A stretch of DNA of 64,000 nt, taken from IMG/VR virus record IMGVR_UViG_3300033463_000020. One strand, written 5' to 3'. The DNA comes from a virus. Its lineage: Duplodnaviria > Caudoviricetes. The notes below the pieces were generated by a model, which did no database searches, was not told the origin of the DNA, and saw only the letters and a list, made by a program, of their open reading frames with translations. This document shows positions 32,157 through 42,400 of the stretch, piece after piece. Every line of letters begins with the position of its first letter. Positions within the stretch are counted from its first letter, which is position 1. The position numbers and the translations under genes are program-made.

Positions 32157-34175
32157 ATGGACATTACATTAAAGTTAAATAAAGATTTTGAGCGCGCACT
32201 GGACGCGTTACGTGAAGAATTTGGGGAAGAATTTGAGTACATTAATGGTATTCATCCCAGTCAGTTAGATTATTCCGAATTTCTACAGCAATTTACGGGA
32301 CGCGATACCTTGGCAGATGCCACGATCGACCCCAACGCCAATGCTAACCATAGAGATATCCGGTCTTTTATGACGGAAAAAGGCAAGCCTTCAGATAAGC
32401 TGTTCGGCCTAAGCAAAATTTTCTACGAGATTAAAAAGCAGTGGGGATTAAAAACAGCTAAAGAATGGCTCCGCCAGGAGTTTAGCCGCGGTTTCTATCT
32501 GAACGACAGTGCGACAGCGTCGTTGTATCCGTATTGTTGGGCGCAAGACGTTACGCGTCTGGCTACGGAAGGCCTGTTTTTCCTGAACCACTACAACAAT
32601 GAAGCGCCTCAGCATTTATTGACATTCTTCGATGATGTTATCGAGTTTATTTCATTCTTGTCTAATAGGCAGTCTGGCGCGGTAGGGTTGCCCAATGTCT
32701 TAGTTTGGGCCTACTATTTTTGGAAGCATGATGTTGAAAACAACTATTACATTAAAGATCCCGAATATTATTTGCGGCAATCGTTCTAGAAGTTTATCTA
32801 TAGGTTAAATCAGCCATTCCTGAGAATCGATCAAAGTGCCTTTACTAACGTTTCTATCTTTGATCGTCCGTATCTAGAATCGCTTTTTGGAGGCGTAGAA
32901 TTTCCTGACGGATCCTTTGCTATTGATCATATCGAAGATCTGATTCATGTACAAGAAGTATTTATGGAAACGGTTTCCGAAATACGCAAGGTAAACATGT
33001 TTACATATCCTGTGCTAACTTTTTGCATCCTTAAAAAGCCCGGATTAACCGACGCAGATCGCGAGGCGATGATGCGCAATCGGCAGTGGGATCTATTTGT
33101 GGATGATAAGTTTGCCAGGTGGGCATCGAAGCACAATATGCAATGGTACGATTCGAACTTCTTCTTGTCGGACAATGTGGGCACCCTATCGAATTGCTGC
33201 CGACTTCTCAGCGACACTTCCAAGTTGGATGCTTTTATTAATAGTATTGGTGGCACCGCGCTTTCTGTTGGTAGTTGTCGTGTTAGCACTATCAATTTGG
33301 CGCGTATTGCTTATGAAGCCCTGGGCTATGATAAAAACGTTAATGTGGACCTTACCAAAATCGATCTGGAGAAGGCTAAACAGCGTTATTTAAAGATCCT
33401 AGAGGAGCGCACGCTACTTGACTGCAAGGCGCTGTTCAGTATGCGGCACATCTTGAAGCGGAATATCGAAAAGGGTCTATTGCCAAATTACTGTGACGGG
33501 GGCGTGGAACTAGACAAATAGTTCTGCACAATTGGCGCAATTGCGGCATATGAGGTTATGGATTTGTTTGGCTTGATTCAAACGGATGAGTTTGATAACA
33601 AGAGCTATTCAGACGGGGCTGTAGAATTTATGACCCAGATTTTGGATACCATTAACCGCGTCAAAGATTCCTTTGACTGTGATTACTCTATGAATTTGGA
33701 ATGCATTCCCGGCGAGAATTGTGCGGGCGTTATCTGTCAGGCTGACAATCTCTTGTTTAGACAGTCGCGTTATTTTATTTACAGCAATCAGTGGATACCG
33801 CTGATGGCTAAGTGTACTTTGCAAGAGAAGTGTCGGCTCGGGCATCTGTTCGATGAAAAATGTGGTGGTGGTACCATTGCACATATTAATGTCGAGAACA
33901 GATTCCCGAATGAGCAGGCGGCGTGGGACATGCTGAATTATGTTGCAGCATCTGGCGTTATTTATTCGGCATTCACTACTAAGATTAACGTATGTGAGCA
34001 CAAACACGCGAGCATAGGCACGAGTACGTGTCCAGAGTGTGGGGGTCCGATCGTTGACCAGTTTGCTCGTGTGGTAGGTTTTTATGTCCCTATTTCCAGT
34101 TATCAAAAGATTAGAAAACGGGAATTTGATTTACGGAAGTGGTATAACGTTTTGGAGTCCGAGAGGCTGTTTTAA
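32157..34175 (+). CDS. nrdD: Anaerobic (class III) ribonucleotide reductase (2 in-frame TAG)
   Basis: PYC, RQSGA, FTYPV, SNCCRL, GSCRVSTINL, IPGE, CPECG and glycyl-radical RVVGFY motifs; one frame. Confidence 0.9.
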
Positions 34176-34682
34176 GTGAAATTAAAGTTTTTAGTTGACG
34201 AGGACTGGAGTAATTATAAAATTTGTGCAATGTTCTTGGGGTTCCCATATTGTTCGTTTAAGTGTGAGCGCGAGTGCGGCTGTCCGGGGATATGCCAGAA
34301 CAGTCCATTGGCTCGGGCTCCAATTATTGAGGTCGACATAGATCGTATTGTCGCCCGTTATATGGACAACCCCATCTCCGGTGCTATCGTGTGTGGCGGT
34401 TTAGAACCTTTAGATTCGTGGTCGGAGTTGTTGGCGTTCGTGACTGCAGTGCGGCAGCAAACCACCGATCCGATTGTGATTTATACTGGATATTATGCCG
34501 ATGAAATTACAGAGTAGTTAGACACTCTTAAAACTTTTGAGAATATTATTGTAAAATTTGGGCGTTTTATTCCAAATCAACAATCGCGGTACGATGAGGT
34601 ATTGGGGGTAACCCTGGTTTCTAATAATCAATATGCAGTGTATCTTGGCAAGTCTACAAACGGAGGTACGAATGGAGCTTAA
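34176..34682 (+). CDS. nrdG: Anaerobic RNR activating radical-SAM protein (1 in-frame TAG)
   Basis: CSFKC, CQN, GGLEP, IYTGY, KFGRF and SNNQ motifs. Confidence 0.85.
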
Positions 34683-35796
34683 GCAATGTATCATGACCAA
34701 TTCGCGTTGCTATAAGGAAGGCGGGCGCATTGAGCCGCACATCGGTATCGTTGTGCACTCTACAGGGGTAAATAATCCCAATATAGCGCGCTATGTCCAA
34801 CCTAGCGACGACGATCCAAACAAAGACGCGATTATTGCAGATATCGGTAAAAATCGATATAGCAATGACTGGAATCACACTAACGTCAGTGCCGGAGTGC
34901 ATTGTTTCATAGGTAAAAATTTAGCAGGCGATGTTGAGTGCTATCAAGTATTGCCATGGAACAATGTGGCGTGGGGTGTCGCACGCGGTAAAATGCTGCC
35001 GAAGGGCTCTCCGTGCTATGCTGACTCCGCTCGGAAAGAAGTGGCATGCACAACCACCGAGGACAACTTACTGCCAGATGCGGTTTTTGCCACTTTGGAG
35101 AAGAGCGGCGTTGCGACCTGGCAGTACAAGGGACGGTCAGTTTATATCGAATATCGCGAGCTGGGTTCGTATAATTATGCGCCCACACCATACTTTCAGT
35201 TTGAGATCTGCGAGGATGGGCTAAAAGACGAAGCTTATTTTAGAAAATGTATGCAAACCGCACAGGAACTGTGCGCCTATTTATGCCAAACGTTTAATAT
35301 TCCGGTGGAACGGGTGGTTTCGCATCGCGAGGCATGGCTGCAAGGTTACGGAAGCGGTCATAGTGATCCGGATCATTGGCAAAAGCTGTTTGGTAAAGAT
35401 ATGAATTGGTTTAGAAGTGAGGTAACAAAACTAATGGGAACTACGACTTTCAAAGTTGGCGATAAGGTGAAATTTAAGTCCACGGCGATGACCTGGATTT
35501 CGGGAAGCACGATCCCTGCTTGGCTGAAGAGTTGGGAGCCGCTCTATGTTAGACAAATTGGTAGCGATGACACCAAGATTCTTGTATCGACTGTACCGAC
35601 TGGCGACGTAAGTGGCTGGGCTCGGGCTACAGACCTAGAGCTCTTGGAGCCCGCTGTTGATCCCACGCCGGAGCCGCAGCCGGAACCGGCCCCTGCGCCC
35701 ACGCCTGCACCTGTAGCGACCGAGCATTATAAAAAGCTCGCAGAACTGTATACGGCTATTGCTTCGGAGTTCCAGGCGATGGCCGACGGTAAATAA
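34672..35796 (+). CDS. Endolysin: N-acetylmuramoyl-L-alanine amidase with SH3-like binding domain
   Basis: IVVHSTG, VHCFIG, QFEICED, SHRE and HSDP motifs; FKVGDKV...SGW binding domain; Pro-Ala tail. Confidence 0.85.
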   Translation: MELKQCIMTNSRCYKEGGRIEPHIGIVVHSTGVNNPNIARYVQPSDDDPNKDAIIADIGKNRYSNDWNHTNVSAGVHCFIGKNLAGDVECYQVLPWNNVAWGVARGKMLPKGSPCYADSARKEVACTTTEDNLLPDAVFATLEKSGVATWQYKGRSVYIEYRELGSYNYAPTPYFQFEICEDGLKDEAYFRKCMQTAQELCAYLCQTFNIPVERVVSHREAWLQGYGSGHSDPDHWQKLFGKDMNWFRSEVTKLMGTTTFKVGDKVKFKSTAMTWISGSTIPAWLKSWEPLYVRQIGSDDTKILVSTVPTGDVSGWARATDLELLEPAVDPTPEPQPEPAPAPTPAPVATEHYKKLAELYTAIASEFQAMADGK

Positions 35797-35897
35797 TTAT
35801 TCACATAACCGAGGGCAAAATCCTCGGAATTCTATACTTTTTGCACAATAAAAAGAGGATTTTATTGTGCGCATGGAGCCAAAAGGAGGGCTAAACT

Positions 35898-36236
35898 ATG
35901 CTGTATTATTCTAAGAAAACCAAACAAATGTACGAAACTGTCGAGGCGCTGGAGGAGGCCGAAAAAGCGTATGATGCTGAAATAGCAGAGCGTGAAAAAC
36001 AGGCCGCGGAAAGAAAGAGTCGTGCTGATGAGGTCCGGAAGGCTTATGAACACGCTCAAGAGGTCCGGCGCGCCGCGGCTGACATGATTACCAAGGCAGA
36101 TAAGGAATACTATGCTTTGCGTGATAAATTTGTACAGGATTATAAGGGTTTTCATTGGACGGTCTATGAAACGCAGACCGTCGATGATAATGTAATCAAT
36201 TTGCTAGGTCACACCCTGGCATCCTGGTTGCTTTAA
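35898..36236 (+). CDS. Hypothetical coiled-coil protein
   Basis: AAGGAGG RBS; followed by a hairpin. Confidence 0.7.
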   Translation: MLYYSKKTKQMYETVEALEEAEKAYDAEIAEREKQAAERKSRADEVRKAYEHAQEVRRAAADMITKADKEYYALRDKFVQDYKGFHWTVYETQTVDDNVINLLGHTLASWLL

Positions 36237-36272
36237 TCTTGTAGAAAATCATAAAGTAAATTTTCTGCAACT

Positions 36273-36304
36273 TGGGGGGGTCTCGCTGCGGCGGGGCCCC
36301 CCGA
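36273..36304 (+). terminator. GC-rich hairpin
   Basis: TGGGGGGGTCTCGC...GCGGGGCCCCCCGA; weak U-tract. Confidence 0.45.
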
Positions 36305-36335
36305 TCATATCAATCTTACGATTGGAGGAGAGTAC

Positions 36336-36431
36336 ATGTATAAATTTCGATTTAAAGCACAGGATATACGCGTGTTCTCCTGTGACCGTAAAATTGTGTG
36401 GCCCCCAAAGGGCGTATTAAATAATGGGTGA
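36336..36431 (+). CDS. 31-aa small ORF directly upstream of the tape measure gene
   Basis: GGAGGAG RBS; its TGA overlaps the GAGGTG RBS of the next gene. Confidence 0.45.
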   Translation: MYKFRFKAQDIRVFSCDRKIVWPPKGVLNNG

Positions 36432-36442
36432 GGTGAGAATAG

Positions 36443-39400
36443 ATGGCAGAGTTTTTTGATAGTATGGATGAAGTGCTGGCAGAATTACAGCGGCAAAATG
36501 CATTGCCAGATTTCGCCAATCCTACGGTGTCTTCTGGCCTGGGGGCTGGACGTGGTTTTGAAACAGAGAACGCTGAAAGCAGTTTAAGGAAGATTGAACA
36601 GGCCGCCAAGAAAGCACATGACGCTGGTTTAGAGGCGAGCACGGTATGGCATAAAGTTGAAAGTAAGCTGCAGCAACAAGGATATCGTATGGTTATTCGG
36701 CGGTCTCCACGTGGCCGCAATGAGTTTGAAATCTTTGCCGTACCTGACAATTTGTCCAAGTAGGAGCGTTAGGATATGAAGGTCTTGACCCAGTATCCCA
36801 ATCTCGTATGGAGTGGGCTGGAGAATGGGTTAAGTTCGCGCTATGGGCAGAAAACGATTGACCAGGGCCGATTAGATTATCTGGATGGTGCCCTGGCGTT
36901 TTATACCAATGCTACGCAATAGGCACAGGCAATTTTAAATCGTCTGACCAATCCGCGTGGCGGTAATAACACTAGGTATAATGATTATGCTAAGCTTGCG
37001 CGCAATGCCAAAAATGAGCTTGAGCGTCGTATTGCATAGCGTCATATTAAGAGTTCCGTTGCTAATGCAGAACGACATGCTAACTCTGGTTACAATGCTG
37101 TTAATAGTTATTAGACCGATGAGTTGTGGAAAATGATGCAGGGCACTGGTACGGCCCGCTCGATTGCGCAGCGCAAGTCTCTGGTAAGCATTTAGCCGAT
37201 GGTGGACTCTATATTGAATAAGGAATTCAAATAGATCATCTAGGCCTATACTAGGGCCAACCCATCGCGGCAACTAAGCAATTAGCAATTCAAAGCACGT
37301 GCCGAGCAGGATATTTTCCATACCCTATATTGGTATTTACAAAATCGTGCCGTGGACGCTTTAGAGAAAGAGTTGACCGAAGCTTCCTCAAAAGGCTGGA
37401 ACGCTGGTTATCTTTGGAAGAATCCGGAAATTCGTAAGGTCCTGCAAAATGCTGGTAGGCAATTGCACGGATTGGGGGCCGATGTCGGTCTCACCGGTGA
37501 GAGCTCGGCCAACCAAATGATGATAAACCTATTGCGGCACGGTGACATTGGGGTTTTCGGTTCACTGGGGGATAAGTCCGGCCGTAAACCTATGCAAGTG
37601 GCACAAATGCGTTAGCGGCAATAGAGAGCGCAAGAGGCTCTGGTAAAAGCGCTGATGAACTCCGCAACAAGCGGCGGTCTTTACGGCAAACGTCGTGTAT
37701 ATACAGGATGGGAGGTTGCCGCGGGGCTGGACAAGCTTGCGGAAGAATAGGCCCAGACCGGCGTTATGTTTGCCACGGCCGAGGAAATCCGCAAGGCGCA
37801 ACAGGCTCTCATGACGAGGGAAAAAAATAAGCGCAGCGCTGCTTCTGTGGGATATGGCAGTCTGCCGCACAATGGTGGTATTTTTTATAGCAAGGCATTG
37901 GGAGCAACTTTGGATAGTCACCAATAGCGATCAATGTCGGTATCTATGGAGGCTTTTAAGCGCGCGCAAGATAAGTTGGTCGATAAATTGCTGACCCCCG
38001 AAACGCGTGCCGATACTATTAAGAGCGTTGCCAAGTCGATTAAGGCTGGCGCAGCCCCACGAGCAGCATTTACACAATGGATGTCAACTTTTGCGCCGGA
38101 TCAGCGAATCGATCAGAAACAATTTTGGGAAGCCTTAGAGGCGCAAGAGTTCGCGGCAGCCTATTCCGAGGCGTTGTAGCGGCAAACTAGTCGCGAAATC
38201 CTTAGGAGTCAGAAGGGTATCAAGTTATCAACGGTCGGTGATCTCGCCCGGGTCATTGAACGGGATCCCATGGGTAAGGATCAGGTCACTATTGAATGGC
38301 TCGAAAAACACGCCATGCAGTCTGGTGAAAAACTATTGGGTGGGGCGCACTTTGTCAAGGGGCGCGCTAAAGAGATTGAAAATTTCCAGGAGTTAGCAGA
38401 GTAGATTTGGCTTGCTCGCGGGAAGAGCGCAACCACTGCGAGCAGATTGGCGAACAGGGTTGGGTTGCTGATGGAGCCCGAGAAGTTAACATCACGGAAT
38501 CCCGATGCTTTTTTGGCTGCATTCTTCGATGAGATCACTCGCGCCTTGGGAGGGGCGGGCGGTTCTCAAACACTCCTCAACTCGTTTATTGAGAGCGTCA
38601 ATTAGACAGTAGACGGAAAGAAGTGGCTTGAGCAGGAAGGTGACCATTGGAAGACGAATTTTGACCGTTTCGCGCGTCGGCCTGGTGATAGTGATGCGAA
38701 GATACAAGAGGCACTTCAGTCATATGTGACGCAGGTATAGCGCGGTTTGGCTGATGTGACGGAGCAACTCACCAAGAGGGCAGGCACACTCACCAATGAC
38801 ACTTTGAAAGCTGACGTCAATGCTCTAAATGATGAGCTAACTATGATGGGTCAAGCCTTAACGATCAAGGACGGTCAGCTGAAATATGACCCCAGCAAGT
38901 TCATCGGTGCCACGACCGTGGGGCAGCATCATGCCTATGACTATGGAGACCCGGGCCGCGCAGTACTCAACGCGGATTATCGTTTAATTGGTGCCATCAG
39001 CCGTGGTATTTTACGTAGTAACTTAGGAGGCACGACCTCTCCTGAGTATGCGCGCGCTCTATTGGGGCAGCGCAGTCGCAATGGCACGCCTAACGGGCAA
39101 TATGCCTGGCAGTTAGATTTGGATGCCAACGGCAACATTATAAACGCCGGTCAATTTGGCGGAACAGCGGAATCGCGTCGTGCTCATGAGCAGTGGGTGA
39201 AAAGTTTGGCTGCTGTTAATGATGTCAAACAATGGATGAATACACAGGGTGGTACCTGGACGGTTGCGAATTGGATGGCCAAAGGTAATCAAGACATTGT
39301 TTTGGGACATGGTCAGCTCGCGGAGTTTTTAGGTGCTCATGGTGTAGACGCCGGCGCGTTGTCAAAAAAGTAGCTCGCACAGCTCAAGAAACGTTACTTA

Positions 39401-42400
39401 GATGTGAGCGGCTTGCATGATGATTCGTTTGCGTATAAGGGCGAGTATGACGAGGGACATATGTCTGCTGCCGATTTCGCATCGAGTTTTGGGCGCATTG
39501 CGAAACTTGAAAAAGCAAATGCGGGGCGTTTGCTGTTTGTGCCTTTAACCGGAGGTATCGCCGGATCGAGCTTGGGAAAATAGTTGGTAACGAGCGCAAT
39601 CGCCCTGCCGCGTATGGACGCGCTGGGGGGCGCCGTAGAGACTATTTTAGCCAATGGGAACCGTGGTTATGATATCCCGGAACCATTGCGTATACTGCCA
39701 AGCCTTATCAATGCGTAGGATGACGTGCATTTTGCGCGAACTGGTCAACTATCAATCACACCTAAAGAGGCTTCCGAAGCTTTTACACAAGCCGCTTTTG
39801 AGAATATCGGACGAATGGTAGCCTCTGTGGAGTCGAAAAATGGTTCGGTGTGGCAGGCTGGCAATAAGGCGAAGCTATATCATTCCGCGATTCGGCACGC
39901 TACGGCGCCCGACGTCAAAGGGGGCGCCTGGGGCGCATTGGGTGATGTGGCTACTCGTATGAACCCCGAGGATCTCGAGGCCATGCTGAGCAAACAGGAC
40001 CCAGACCAAACCGATGCTCAATATCTATCGCAGTTACAAACATAGTACTATTATTTATATTCAAATTTAGTTGAAGATCCCAAAAAATTAGAGGACATGT
40101 GGTCTGCGGTGAGCAGCCGGTACAAAGGACGCGCAGCCCTGACGAAGCATCTTACAGAGCTTGTGACCCGGGGATCGGATGCTTTTAACGCTCGTGCAGA
40201 ACTGGCTCAGCATAAGAAAGTAGCATTACATGGATTGGCGGGATTCGGTCTTCGTTATCCGTTGTCGAATGCCGAAGATACGCGTGCTGCGGATATTTTT
40301 GCTGATTCCGAGTTGGTGTCCGGTGAGGTTGTGGCGGCGCTCGGTGCTGGTGCCGGGCAAAACCTGGACTTCGATGGTGACACATATGCTACTGTGCTGC
40401 AAATGTTGGGTACCAGCGATCCAGCAGAGCGCGCGAAACTGGTAGCGCAGATGGTTCGGCAGAATGAGGTAGACCAGAATCTAATGCGTCGCCAGGCCGA
40501 TGCGTTCCGTGCGGATTATGAGAAAGAGTTAAAATCGGGAGTATCCTTGGAATCCATTGCACGGGCCGAGGCGGGCGAAGTTGCAGCGGTTACATCACGT
40601 TTAAACAAGGGGTTCACGGGACGATTTAGTAACCAGTTTTAGGCGATATCAGAGGCGTTGTCGTTGAACGAGCCATGGGCTGATCGTGACACACCTATGA
40701 ATGCAGAGGAACGTGCTGCGTTCTTATAGAATCAGGTGGTTCGCGCAGTATATGAAAGCTTTACGCAAGACGCTATTTCCTCTAAAAAGGTGCGCGAGCG
40801 TATCGAGGACCGATACGGTTCGGCTTGGGCTGGCAACTCCGGATACCTCTCTGAGATGGACAAGTTGTACGAATTGATCCAGGGCAAGAATACTTATGCC
40901 GGTATTGAGAGCATCAAAGATTTGGTGACTTTGGCTCAGGATCTGAAGATTCTGGGTACTGATGACAAGGGCGGAGTGTTTGGTTGGCGGTTGAATTCAC
41001 AATTGCTGGCAAAAATGGACCAGTTCAGCGACGATGAGGTGGCAAAAGCGCTGGGTGTGTCAACGGATGTTGTACGCGCCTGGAAGGATCCCAGCAATCA
41101 AGCTGCCACTCTTGGACTCACTGGCGATCAGCTTGCGCGTCTTATAGATACGGTTAACACGCGTGTGAAACGTGACACAGGGTCGGATATTGGCGCCGTC
41201 ATTCGTGATAAGATGAACCGCGCGGGTGGTATTGATGCGACATCAAACCCCATCTATCGCGTTGGCACTGATATGGGCACGGAAGCCCAGTATGAGCGGG
41301 TTAAAGAAACGAATGCGGCTCTAGCAGAAGCCGGCGCGCAAGCCGGGGCCTTCGGCGAAGCCCTGAAAAAAGCCACAGTAGCTTTAGATACAGCCACAGA
41401 CGAAGTTAAGGAAAGCACGGCCGCAGCTCAAAAGCGCGATGACGTCCTGGAGAATCTGGAATACGCGTTGAAACACCGTGCCACAGATGCGCCCGTAGCT
41501 GTTACGAGCTTAACGAGTAGTTTAGCGGGGGGCAATTTTGCTTCTGCGCTGGATAAGGCCGCGTTTGAGGAGGCGCTTATCCTGGCGCATGCAGATAACC
41601 CCAACGCCATTTAGTCGCTCGAAGGTTATGACGCTGAGACTTTTAAAAAGTTTCGTAATAGCCTGCTTGGTTCACGTCGTGGTACCATCGCCGACCAAGT
41701 AGAACAATTGGTGAATACGTACGGTCTGGACACGAGCCAAGTTAACAGTGTTGACGACTTCATTAAATTAGTTGAGGCAGATCCGAATGCACGTCAGGAT
41801 CTATACGAGTATAATCCCTCCGAGCACGCTATTGGTTTGGGGGTACTTCTTGGCCGTGGTGACGAATCTATTTATGGCAAGGATAGCGACGCACTGAAAG
41901 CAGCGCAGCGCAATCGTGCGCTTCAAGAGGCGTTGTTTGGTACCGAGAATGTAGATGCTGACCAATGGTCTCAACTCGTTAAAGGTTTTAACTTAGCAGA
42001 GGCGTTACAGCGCATGGCTTACAATGTGGGTGGCTAGTTTATTGGTCATGAATTTGGTGTTGTAGGCGGCAATGGCGCAGGTAACGCTGCCGGATGGAAC
42101 CATGGTCGTATTGACCTTTTGATGAAGAGCGTCGGAACACGTTCCGATGGTTCTACATATAATATTCTAGACGTTTTTGATAAAAAGAGTGTCCCGAGTT
42201 TAAGTCAGCTAGATAAATATGGACCTGGACTAAATTATCTCGCGCAGGTTGCTGTGTATGCAGAGGATCTGCGGTAGTTATAGGCTTATATTAATAAACA
42301 TGGCATAAAAACGCTGGGGCAATTAAAAGATAATAAAGAGTATTATTAGAACGCATGGCTGGCCAAGGGTGGCCGCGAGATTGATGATGAAACGTTTGCG

